The notes under the pieces were generated by a model, which saw nothing but the letters and a program-made list of their open reading frames with translations, made no database searches and was not told where the DNA came from. Positions 51,788-63,086 of a stretch of DNA of 64,000 nt are shown one piece after another. Location: positions 303,242,001 to 303,306,000 of the forward strand of contig NW_027362772.1 of assembly GCF_046119375.1 (NCBI RefSeq), given 5' to 3'. A program made the translations under genes and the position numbers. Every line of letters starts with the position of its first letter. Positions within the stretch are counted from its first letter, which is position 1. This stretch comes from Phyllobates terribilis (taxonomy: Eukaryota).

Positions 51788-52159
51788 CCTCATTTTGACT
51801 TGTTTTAAGGACATTACATCAAAGTTGGATCAGCCTGTACTGTGTTTTTCCACTTTAATTTTGGGGGTGACTCCAAATCCAGGCCTCCATTGGTTAATAA
51901 ATGTGATTTCCATTGATGATTTTTGTGTGATTTTGTTGTCAGCATGTTCAACTTTGTACAGAACAAAGTATTCAATGAGAATATTTCATTCATTCAGATC
52001 TCGGGTGTGCTATTTGAGTGTTCCCTTCATTTTTTTGACAGTTTATATACAGGTCCGTGCCCCCCCACATCCCACCTCCAGGGACTTCTCTGTTCTCCCA
52101 TCCTACAGCCATAGACTTTAATATGGTGTCTTCCCTCTGCAGATAGAACGGCTCCTGTT

Positions 52160-52767
52160 CACCTAGGAAAACTTTCTACAAGATTTTGGAGGCGTCTGGG
52201 AATTTTTTACCCCTTCATCCAGAAGAGCATATATGATGTCCGACCCTGATGTTGGGAGGAGGCCGGGCTCACAATCTCCACTCTAGTTGTTGGATGGGTT
52301 GGGGTCCGGGCTCTGTGTGACTGTTCATGTTTTTCCACCAATCTCCGGCCTCTATGTCTGTATGGACCTTGTGCACTGGGTGCATTCAAGGGGAACAGAA
52401 AAGGGCCTTCCCCAAACTGTTCCCACAAAGCAAAAGCTACAATTGTCCAAACCCTGATAACAGCCCATAGCATTATCCTCCTCCACCATCTGTACAGCGG
52501 CACAATGCAGTCAGGGGGTAACGTCCTCCTGAAATCACTAGACTCCTCCATCAGACACCAGATAAGGGCATAGAACATGTCTTCTCCAGAGTCCAGTGGT
52601 GGCGGCTTTACACCACTCCATCCGACCCTCTGCATTGTGCTTGGTGATGTACGGCTTCATTCAGCTGCTCGGCCATGAAGCTCCTGGTGGGGGCGCAGTG
52701 TTTGTGCTGATACCAGAGGAGGTATGGGGTCTGCAGAGCAGTGGTGACTTTTCTGCCCTCTGCTCCA
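52160..52767 (-). mobile_element. Old Tc1 remnant, left part (host of element C)
   Basis: Minus-strand remnants LWEQFGEGPFLF..NAP and QSPDPNPS of the Tc1 catalytic domain. Confidence 0.65.
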
Positions 52768-53828
52768 TGTAGCATCGGCGTCTCTGCCCCGTACTAGGCA
52801 GAGACGCCGTCCCTCTCACCTCCCCGCTCCTGGCGCGGCGTCCCCCAGCGCTTCTCTCCCCGCTGCTTCCGGCACGTGCTCCTTCCCCGGCAGTGTGCTT
52901 AGGGCGCGCGCGCGTGCTCCCCCTCTCTTAAAGGGACCGCGCGCGCCGTCCTAAGGAGTCCCTGGGCCAATTGCCGGAGGACCTCCCATATTTAAGGCAC
53001 CTCCTCCAAAATGGAGGTGCCCGAGCAATGTTGTTGCAAAGCCTTCACTCTGCTTCAGCCCTCAGGTCCCTTTACCAGTTACCTGCCAGTCACCTGCCAG
53101 ATTCCTGCTTGTTACCTGCCAGTCACCTGCCAGATTCCTGCTTGTTACCTGCCAGTTACCTGCCTGATTCCTGCTTGATAACTGCCTGATATCCGTTTAC
53201 CTGCTTGCAAGCCTGCGGTCCGACGGTCTGCTTTCCTACACCTGTCAGTCTGTCTATGGACCAGCCTGCTCGCTCACCTGGGAGCGCTCATCTGCTACCT
53301 GTCTGCTAGCCTACCTGGAGGCTCTGCCGTCACTTGCCGTGACCACCTGCCTGTCCAGAGACTCTTGCCTGCTCACCTGGGAGCGCTCACCTGCTACCTG
53401 TCTGCTAGCCTTCCTGGAGGCTCTGCCGTCACTTGCCGTGACCACCTGCCCGTCCAGAGACTCTCGCCCGCTCACCTGGGAGCGCTCACCTGCTACCTGC
53501 CTGCTAGCCTACCTGGAGGCTCTGCCGTCACTTGCCGTGACCACCTGCCCGTCCAGAGACTCTCGCCCGCTCACCTGGGAGCGCTCACCAGCCACCTGCC
53601 TGCTGTCCTTCTACCCAGAGACTGTCCCTGTCACTTGCCGTGAGTACCTGTCCTTTTACCCAGAGACTGTCCCTGTCACTTGCCGTGACTACCTGCCCCT
53701 CTACCCAGAGACTGTCCCTGTCACTTGCCGTGACTACCTGCCCGTCTTCCCTGGGAGCCACCCGCTTCCTTACATGGACTGCCCCCTTGTATAGTTGCAC
53801 AGAGGTTCCACCTCCCAGACCCGTTACA
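52768..53828 (+). repeat. 5' LTR of element C, 1061 bp (TATTTAA at 52989)
   Basis: Direct repeat of 62169-63081, with internal 99-bp and 45-bp tandem units. Confidence 0.95.
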
Positions 53829-53841
53829 GTTTGCTCTGGCC

Positions 53842-54767
53842 ATGGAACCCGGTGGCCCCCAGATCTCCGATCTGCACCAGGAAGTCTTGCGTCAGAAAAC
53901 TCAGCAGGAGGTGGTACTGTCCTATCTACGGTCCGTTAACTCTCGTCTAGGCGCATTGTGTGACTTGTCTATGTCTACCTCTGGTCCAGCCATGCCCATT
54001 CCTGCGGTACCGCAATCCAGTCCCTTCATGGTACCCGACTATGGACCTCGGCTTCTGGCACCTCCACGCTTTGCCAGCGAACCTACTTTAGCTCGGGGTT
54101 TCATAAACCAGTGCACCCTGCACTTTGAGCTATTGGCATACCAGTTCATCTCCGACCGAGCCAAGGTGGCCTTCATCATGTCCCATCTTACTGGGGAGGC
54201 ACTGGCATGGCTAAATCCCCTGTGGGAGAGAGGGGATCCCCTGGTGTCCGACCTGCCGTCTTTCCTCGCTGCTTTCCGGAAAGTCTTCGATGAACCTGGA
54301 CGGAAAACCTCTTCTGCCTCCTCACTGCTACGTCTCCGCCAAGGGAGTCTCACCGTGGGCCAATATGCCATACGGTTCCGCACCCTCGCTTCTGAGCTTG
54401 CCTGGGAAAATGAGGCTCTGGTGTCCGTCTTCTGGGAGGGTCTTTCCGGTCGAATTAAGGACGAGTTAGCTGGTCGGGACATTCCTACCACTCTGGATGA
54501 CCTGGTGTCACTAGCTACCAGGATTGGCATTCGGTTCCAAGAACGTGCCAAAGAGACTACCTGGGAGACTTTTCTTGCTCTGCTCCTACTTCCCTGAGAC
54601 CTGCCTCTCAATCAGTCACTCCGCGGGCGCCCTCGCCTGAACCTATGCAGATCGACCAGACCAAGATGGTCAAATCTCGCCGAGCCGAGGGAAGCTGTTT
54701 CTATTGTGGCAGTATGGAGCACTTCATCCGTTCCTGCCCGGAGAAGCCGGGAAACGCCAGTGTCTAG
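53842..54767 (+). pseudogene. gag of element C, frameshifted near 54570-54600
   Basis: MEPGGPQ...; after the shift, EPMQIDQ...CFYCGSMEHFIRSCPEKPGNASV*. Confidence 0.88.
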
Positions 54768-57196
54768 GACCGCTCGGAGAGGTCGTCCTAGACAAAAGTA
54801 AGCCCTCTCCGTCTCTGACTTTACCGGTCTCTATTGCTTGGGGAGAAAACCGTCACTTTGAACTTGCCCACCTGGATTCTGGAGCTGCTGGAAACCTCAT
54901 CTCCCAGTCTCTGGTAGACAGATACCGTATTCCCACCAAGTCCCTGGCTGAACCATTATCAGTCGCCTCCGTGGATGGAAGACTTCTCTCGGAGACCATC
55001 CTGCTCGTCACTGAACCCATAACCCTGCAGGTGGGAATGCTGCACTCTGAGGAAATCTCATTCCATGTGTTGTCCGGACTTTCTCACTCCCTGTTGCTAG
55101 GTCTACCTTGGCTCCAGACACACGAACCCATATTGAACTGGCGATCCGGTGAAGTACTCCGATGGGGTCCAGACTGCCATAGGACCTGCCTGGTTCCGGT
55201 CCGCCCAGTTCGCCCTCCGCCTACTCCAGCTAATTTACCAGGTCTCCCGGCTTCTTACTGGCCCTATGCGGACGTCTTCGGTAAGAAGGAAGCAGAGACG
55301 TTGCCACCCCATAGGCCATATGACTGCCCGATCGACCTGGTACCTGGCGCCACTCCTCCCCGTGGGCGTATCTACCCGTTGTCTGCAGCCGAGACCCGGG
55401 CCAGGTCTGAGTACATTGAAGAGAATCTGGCTAGGGGATTTATCCGGAAATCTACCTCCCCGGCTGGAGCCGGATTCTTCTTTGTCAAAAAGAAAGACGG
55501 CTCGCTACGCCCCTGTATTGACTATAGAGGACTCAATCAGATCACGGTTAAAAATAAATACCCCCTTCCGCTCATCTCTGAGTTATTTGATCGTCTTAAA
55601 GGCGCCAGGATCTTCTCCAAGCTGGATCTACGTGGAGCTTATAACCTGGTCCGTATCCGTCAGGGAGACGAGTGGAAAACAGCATTTAATACCCGGGACG
55701 GACACTATGAGTACCGTGTGATGCCCTTCGGTCTCTGCAATGCTCCCGCCGTCTTCCAAGAACTGGTCAACGACATCTTCCGTGACCTTCTTTACTCCTG
55801 CGTGGTGGTATACCTGGACGACATCTTGGTCTTCTCTCCGGATCTTCCCACACACCGGAGGGATGTTCGTCAGGTCCTGCTTAGGCTCAGGCAGAACCAC
55901 CTCTATGCTAAATACGAGAAGTGCCTTTTTGAGCAGACCTCTCTTCCTTTCTTGGGCTATGTTATCTCCCAGACAGGCTTGCGAATGGATCCCGAGAAGC
56001 TCTCTGCTGTCCTAAAGTGGCCCCGTCCGGAGGGCTTGAAGGCGATACAGCGATTCCTGGGCTTCGCTAATTACTATCGTCTCTTCATTCCTCACTTCTC
56101 GTCACGGACTGTGCCCATATCTGCGCTCACCCGTAAGGGAGCAAATCCCAAGGTATGGTCATCCGAAGCTGAGGAGGCCTTCCTTTCCCTGAAACAAGCC
56201 TTCTCCTCTGCCCCTGTGCTGCACCGTCCGGACTGCAACAAACAGTTCTACCTGGAGGTTGATGCTTCCTCCTCTGGAGCCGGAGCGGTGCTCACCCAGA
56301 AGTCTTCCTCCGGGAGAATGGTAACCTGCGGCTTTTTCTCTAAAATCTTCTCCTCCTCTGAGCGCAATTACTCCATAGGAGACCGAGAACTGCTTGCCGT
56401 TAAATTGGCGCTGGAGGAGTGGCGTTACCTGCTTGAAGGGGCTCTATACCCGGTGATCATCTATACGGATCACAAGAACCTGGCATATCTCCAAAATGCC
56501 CAGAGACTTAATCCACGTCAAGCCCGGTGGTCTTTGTTCTTTGCCCGCTTCGATTTCATCCTTCATTTCCGCCCGGCGGACAAAAATGTCAAAGCTGATG
56601 CCTTGTCCCGATCCTTCCTGTCCTCCGACCAAGAGGAGGAGCTTATGCACATTATCGACCCCTCCAAGGTGATGAATGTGGCCCCCTTGGATTTGACTCG
56701 TCTTCCACCCGGCAAGACGTTCGTGGCACCTCCAGACCGTGAGAGGGTTCTTCGCTGGGGTCATTCTTCTAAACTAGCTGGCCATGCCGGCCAAAAGAAG
56801 ACCTTCCTACTCATTTCCCGGCATTACTGGTGGTCTACCCTGCGTAAGGATGTGGTAGACTTCGTCTCTGCCTGTTCATCTTGTGGCCGCAACAAAATTC
56901 CCAGACACCAGCTGGTCATCTCCTGCCGCTTCCCATACCTGTTGCCCCGTGGCAACACATCGCTATGGACTTCATTACCGATCTTCCTGTCTCTGCCGGG
57001 TGTACTGTCATTTGTTTGGTCGCAGACCGCTTCTCTAAAATGGCCCACTTCATTCCCCTGCCTGGTCTTCCGTCTGCACCTGAGCTGGCTAAGGACTTTA
57101 TTCGCCATATCTTCCGTCTCCATGGCCTACCCCTCCACATCGTGTCGGATCGAGGGGTTCAGTTTACCTCACGCTTCTGGAGAGCCACATGTAAAC
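54749..57196 (+). pseudogene. pol of element C (protease, RT, RNase H, integrase N-half), in the -1 frame relative to gag; frameshift near 56910; cut by CR1
   Basis: LDSGAAGNL, YLDD, DASSSGAGAVL, HSSKLAGH...CSSC; after the shift, MDFITDLP and SDRGVQF. Confidence 0.92.
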
Positions 57197-57389
57197 AGGG
57201 GAGGAGTCCTGAGGAGATAATTTGCATATTCCCACTGCATTTTGGGGTAAGTGAAGAGTCTCCGCGAGCTCAAAGAACACTGGATTTTGGCTGTTGGAGC
57301 TGAAAAGAGGACATCAGTAAACCGCGCGCCTGCCGGCGCACGCATATTGAAGCTTTTTTCACTGTTTTCAGAACATTAACAGTAAGAAC

Positions 57390-58400
57390 ATGGAAGAGTC
57401 CAGGAGCCATTTGGTGAGCTGCATATCCTGCTACATGTTCACAGACTTGCCAGTGGAAAAGCCAAACTTCACATGCCAGAAATGCAAGCTTGTGTCCCTG
57501 TTGGAGGAAAAGTTGCGAAATCTAGAAGAGAGGTTAACTACCTTGAAAATCATTAAGGAAGGTGAAGAGTTCTTAGACAGAGCAGAATTATCTCTTCATG
57601 ATTCAGAAAGAGAAGAAATTCTCTCTGCACCTGACGAAACAGAGGAATGGAAGCATGTGACCCAGAGAAGCAGGAGGATCGAGAGGCAGTCAGCACCCAT
57701 ACTGCTCAGGAACCAGTACCAGGCTCTCACGCAGGAGAACCATGAAGAAATACAGCAAGATAAGACTTTGCCAGCAATGAATAACCTTGTAAGCCCTCAG
57801 AATCCTCCTGGATGGAGAAAGAAGAATGTTGTGAAGAAATAACGGAGAGTGGTGGTCATGGGGGATTCCCTGTTAAGAGGAACAGAGGCCGCTATCTGCA
57901 GACCAGACATAACCTCAAGAGAAATGTGCTGTCTTCCAGGAGCAAAAATTACAGATGTGTCTGACAGGATATCAAGACTCTTCAGACCTACAGATCACTA
58001 CCCATTCCTGCTAATACATGTGGGGACAAATGACACCGCAAGAAAGGACCTGGAAACCATCTGCAGTGACTTTGAAGACTTAGGCAAGAAAGTGAAAGAA
58101 TTGGGAGCGCAGGTGGTCTTCTCATCCATCCTCCCAGTGGATGGCCATGGAACAATGAGGTGGAATAAGATTCTACAGGTGAACAACTGGCTACGTCGAT
58201 GGTGCCGTCAACAAGGATTTGGATTTCTGGATCACGGGATGAATTACCTATACGATGGACTACTTGCTAGAGATGGGGTGCACCTTACGAAGACTGGAAA
58301 ACATGTATTTGGAAGTCGCCTTGCTACACTCATCAGAAGAGCTTTATACCAGAACAATGTGGGAAGGGAAGCAAAAGGCCAGAAAAAGCCATACAGCTGA
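57390..58400 (+). pseudogene. CR1 ORF1 (CxxC motifs, coiled coil, SGNH/GDSL esterase) with one in-frame TAA at 57840-57842
   Basis: CISC...CQKC; LEEKLRNLEERL; VVMGDSLL, HVGTND and DGVHL esterase blocks. Confidence 0.9.
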
Positions 58401-58474
58401 CAAATACTATTGAGATCTCTGCTACTGGAAGTGGAAAAGAAGAACAAAGACAAAACAATTTAAATAATAAAAAT

Positions 58475-61262
58475 ATGGGAGGAAGAGAAACCAATCACAA
58501 ACTAAAATGTTTTTATACAAATGCACAAAGCATGGGCAACAAACAAGGAGAATTGGAACTACTAATGCAGGAAAAGGAATATGATGTCATTGGAATCACT
58601 GAAACTTGGTGGGACGATACACATGATTGGAATAAAAGGCTAAAAGGATACAACTTATTTGCAAGAAACAGACTTGATAAACGAGGAGGAGGTGTCGCAT
58701 TGTATGTTAGAAAAGCGTATATCTGCACAGAGATTGAAGCTTCAGAGACTGGGAGTTCTGTGGAAACTGTTTGGGTAAGAATACAAGGAGAGAACAACGG
58801 AAAGGACACCATTGTAGGCATTTACTACAGGCCACCTGGGCAAGATGAAGATATGGATGAACTCTTTATGTATCAAATGACCAAGTTCTCAAAAAAATAT
58901 GACGTAGTGGTCATGGGAGATTTCAACTATCCAGACATTTGTTGGGAATCTCTCTCAAGTAAAACTAACAGGTCAAGCAAATTCTTATCCTCTCTTGCTG
59001 ACAACTTTATCTTCCAAAAGGTAGGGGAGAAAACAAGGGGATCTGCTACTTTGGATCTAATCCTTATAAACAGGGAGGAAATGGTTGAGGAGGTAAAGGT
59101 GGCTGGGACCCTAGGAGGCAGCGATCATGCTATTATAGAATTTTGGATAACTAGAGGAGGAAGACATGTGAAGACTCAAACTTCAAGGTTAGATTTTAGA
59201 AAGGCAGATTTTAAGAGACTCAGAAAGAGAATAGGAGGGATCCAATGGCTGGATGTCCTTAAGGACAAAAATGTCCAGGAAGGATGGGAAATTTTTAAAA
59301 ATGAGATTCTCAAAGCACAATCGTTAACAATCCCGAAAAGTAGGAAGAATGGGAAGCATTTAAGGAAACCAGGATGGATGAACACAGAACTTAAACACAT
59401 GCTAAAAAAAAAGAAAGAAATGTTTATTAAATGGAAAGAGGGAGGCATATCTAAAGAAGATTATAATGCAGTCTGCAGATCCTGCAGGGCACGTATCAGG
59501 TTAGCTAAAGCTGACAATGAATTAAGGCTTGCAAGAGATGTCAAAAGCAATAAAAAAGGATTTTGGGGGTATGTCAAAAGTAAAAGAAAAGTCAAAGATG
59601 CTATAGGATTTTTACAGGATGAAAATGGAGAAATGGTAAGAGAGGATGTTGAGAAGGCCGAACTTTTTAATTCCTATTTTGCATCTGTTTTCTCTCAGAA
59701 AGAAAATGTAACATCAACTGATCTTCACTGTACTTTTAAAGGAATAGAGGAATCCAAGTTATCTGTAAACAGAAAGATTGTGAGGGAATATTTAGCTAAC
59801 ATAAATGAGTTCAAGTCTCCAGGTCCAGATGAATTACACCCCAGAGTACTGAAGGAGATTGTAGAAGAAATTTTAGAACCACTCTCCATAATCTTTGAAA
59901 ATTCTTGGAGAACAGGAGAAGTCCCAGAAGACTGGAGAAGAGCAAATGTTGTTCCTATCTTCAAAAAGGGGAAGAAGGTGGACCCAGGGAACTATAGGCC
60001 GGTGAGTCTGACTTCTATACCAGGAAAGATCTTTGAACAAATTATTAAACAACATGTATGTAAGTACATGGATAAGAATGAAGTGATTAACCAGAGTCAG
60101 CATGGGTTTGTAACTAACAAGTCATGTCAGACTAACTTAATTTCCTTCTATGACAGAATCACTGACTGGGTGGATCAGGGAAATGCTGTAGATATAGTAT
60201 ATCTTGACTTCAGCAAAGCATTTGACAAAGTATCTCACACCATCCTTATTGAAAAAATGACCAAGTATGCAACGGACCAGGCAACTGTTAGGTGGATTCA
60301 TAACTGGCTTAGTGATCGGACTCAAAGGGTGGTTGTAAATGGCTTCACATCCAGCTGGATGAATGTCTCAAGTGGGGTACCACAGGGCTCCGTCCTGGGA
60401 CCTGTATTGTTCAACATCTTTATCAATGATTTAGATGAAGGAATTGAGGGTAAACTGATTAAATTTGCTGATGACACAAAGCTAGGAGGGATAGCTAATA
60501 CTAGAGAAGAGAGAGAGGATTCAAAAAGACCTAAATAAACTGGAGCCGTGGGCAGCAACCAACAGAATGGTTTTTAACAGGGAAAAATGCAAAGTACTAC
60601 ATCTGGGCAATAAAAATGAAAAAAGCACATACAGAATGGGAGGAATAGAGCTAAGCAACAGTACATGTGAAAAAGACTTAGGTATACTAATAGATCATAG
60701 ACTGAACATGAGTCAACAGTGTGATGCAGCAGCAAAAAAGGCAAATACAATTCTGGGATGTATTAACAGAAGCATACAGTCTAGATCACGTGAAGTCATT
60801 ATCGGTCTTTACTCCTCTTTGGTCAGACCTCATCTGGAATACTGTGTACAGTTTTGGGCACCACATTTTAAAAAAGACATAGACAAACTGGAGCAAGTTC
60901 AGAGAAGAGCGACCAGAATGGTGACTGGTCTGCAAACCATGTCCTATGAGGAACGGTTGTAGGATTTGGGAATGTTTAGCTTGCAAAAAAGAAGACTGAG
61001 AGGAGACTTAATAGCTGTCTACAAATATGTCAAGGGCTGTCACATTGTAGAAGGATCATCTTTATTCTCATTTGCACAAGGAAAGACTAGAAGCAATGGG
61101 ATGAAACTAAATGGGAGGAGACACAGATTAGATATTAGAAAAAACTTTTTGACAGTTAGGGTGATTAATGAGTGGAACAGGCTGCCACGAGAGGTGGTGA
61201 GTTCCCCTTCAATGGACGTCTTCAAACAGAGGCTGGACAGACATCTGTCTGAGATGATCTAG
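58475..61262 (+). pseudogene. CR1 ORF2 (APE endonuclease and RT) with a frameshift near 60510 and a TAG at 60960-60962
   Basis: YTNAQS, GITETWW, MGDFN, SDH; [31 protein letters not shown]; C-terminal RRLRGDLI. Confidence 0.94.
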
Positions 61263-61348
61263 TGAATCCTGCTTTGAGCAGGGGGTTGGACCAGATGACC
61301 CAGGAGGTCCCTTCCAACTCTACCATTCTATGATTCTATGATTCTATG

Positions 61349-62328
61349 AACTGCTGGACGTCACCCTGGACTTCTCCTCCGCTTACCACCCTCAGTCCAA
61401 TGGTCAAGTGGAGCGGATCAATCAGATCCTTACCAGCTATCTCCGGCACTTTGTTAATGCCCACCATTCTGATTGGGTGGACCTCCTTCCTTGGGCCGAG
61501 TTCTCTTATAATAACCACGAGAGCGAATCCTCTTCCAAGTCCCCGTTCTTTATTGTCTATGGCCAGCACCTCCGGATTCCGCTCCCTGTCTCCGTTTCTG
61601 TGGACAACCCTGGTGCAGAGTCTCTTGTCAGCGAATTTTCTACTATTTGGGAGAGTACCAGGTCCGCTCTTCTTCTGTCCTCTGAGCAGATGAAGAGATA
61701 TGCTGATAAGAGACGTCTGGATCCGCCTCAATTCCATCCGGGAGACAAGGTTTGGCTCTCGTCCAAACATGTGCGGCTCAAAGTACCCTCCTTCAAGCTG
61801 GGCCCTCGATTCATCGGTCCCTTCGAAGTCCTCAGGCAAATTAACCCTGTGGCCTACAAATTAAAACTCCCGGCCACCCTACGGATTCCCAACTCCTTCC
61901 ACGTATCTCTCCTCAAACCCGTTGTCTTTAACTCTTTTTCCAATAATCCAGGTGCCCCTCCTGCTCCGGTTTCCGCTGATGACGTCTTTGAGGTAGAGAG
62001 TATTCTGGCCTCCAAGAGGGTAAGAGGAAAGACCTTTTTTCTGGTAGATTGGAAGGGGTTTGGTCCTGAGGAGAGAACTTGGAAACCCAGGGAGAACATC
62101 AACGCCCCGCTTCTCCTTGAAAAATTTCTTTCTGGCCAAAAAAAGAGGGGGCCTAAAGGGGGGGGTACTGTAGCATCGGCGTCTCTGCCCCGTTCTAGGC
62201 AGAGACGCCGTCCCTCTCACCTCCCCGCTCCTGGCGCGGCGTCCTCCAGCGCTTCTCTCCCAGTTGCTTCCGGCACGCGCTCCTTCCCCGGCAGTGTGCT
62301 TAGGGCGCGCGCGCTCCCCCTCTCTTAA
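61349..62328 (+). pseudogene. C-terminal half of the element C integrase plus chromodomain
   Basis: SSAYHPQSNGQVER, KLGPRFIGPF, VFEVESIL...LVDWKGFGPEERTW; the frame continues into the 3' LTR. Confidence 0.92.
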
Positions 62329-63081
62329 AGGGACCGCGCGCGCCGTCCTAAGGAGTCCCCGGGCCAATTGCCGGAGGACCTCCCATATTTAAGGCACCTC
62401 CTCCAAAATGGAGGTGCCCGAGCAATGTTGTTGCAAAGCCTTCACTCTGCTTCAGCCCTCAGGTCCCGTTACCAGTTACCAGCCAGTCACCTGCCAGATT
62501 CCTGCTTGTTACCTGCCAGTCACCTGCCAGATTCCTGCTTGTTACCTGCCAGTTACCTGCCTGATTCCTGCTTGATACCTGCCTGATATCCGTTTACCTG
62601 CTTGCAAGCCTGCGGTCCGACGGTCTGCTTTCCTACACCTGTCAGTCTGTCTATGGACCAGCCTGCTCGCTCACCTGGGAGCGCTCATCTGCTACCTGTC
62701 TGCTAGCCTACCTGGAGGCTCTGCCGTCACTTGCCGTGACCACCTGCCTGTCCAGAGACTCTCGCCCGCTCACCTGGGAGCGCTCACCTGCTACCTGTCT
62801 GCTAGCCTTCCTGGAGGCTCTGCCGTCACTTGCCGTGACCACCTGCCCGTCCAGAGACTCTCGCCCGCTCACCTGGGAGCGCTCACCAGCCACCTGCCTG
62901 CTGTCCTTCTACCCAGAGACTGTCCCTGTCACTTGCCGTGAGTACCCGTCCTTTTACCCAGAGACTGTCCCTGTCACTTGCCGTGACTACCTGCCCGTCT
63001 TCCCTGGGAGCCACCCGCTTCCTTACATGGACTGCCCCCTTGTATAGTTGCACAGAGGTTCCACCTCCCAGACCCGTTACA
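62169..63081 (+). repeat. 3' LTR of element C, 913 bp
   Basis: Direct repeat of 52768-53828 lacking one 99-bp unit, one 45-bp unit and 4 bp. Confidence 0.95.
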
Positions 63082-63086
63082 CTCCA

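Larger units (their letters stand above)
49314..52043 (+). mobile_element. Tc1 (DD34E) transposon with both TIRs, enlarged by an internal satellite
   Basis: TA-CACTGCTCAAAAAAATAAAGGGAACACT ... AGTGTTCCCTTCATTTTTTTGACAGTT-TA; transposase remnants at ~49520-50510. Confidence 0.92.
57197..61348 (+). mobile_element. Full-length CR1 LINE, 4152 bp, inserted in the element C integrase
   Basis: 5' UTR, ORF1, ORF2 and a CR1-type 3' UTR ending in (ATTCTATG)3. AAC is duplicated at 57194-57196 and 61349-61351. Removing the insert restores WRATCKLLDVTLDF. Confidence 0.96.
52768..63081 (+). mobile_element. Ty3/gypsy chromovirus, element C (related to B), interrupted by a CR1 LINE
   Basis: LTRs at 52768-53828 and 62169-63081 (TGTAGCA...GTTACA); perfect TSD CTCCA (52763-52767 and 63082-63086); PPT at ~62140-62165. 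Confidence 0.96.

Noticed and set aside
53339-53794. Repetitive ORFs inside the LTRs of C and B (also 62736-63047, 16107-16590, 21161-21540)
   Set aside because: They follow the internal 99- and 45-bp tandem units and show no recognisable domain.
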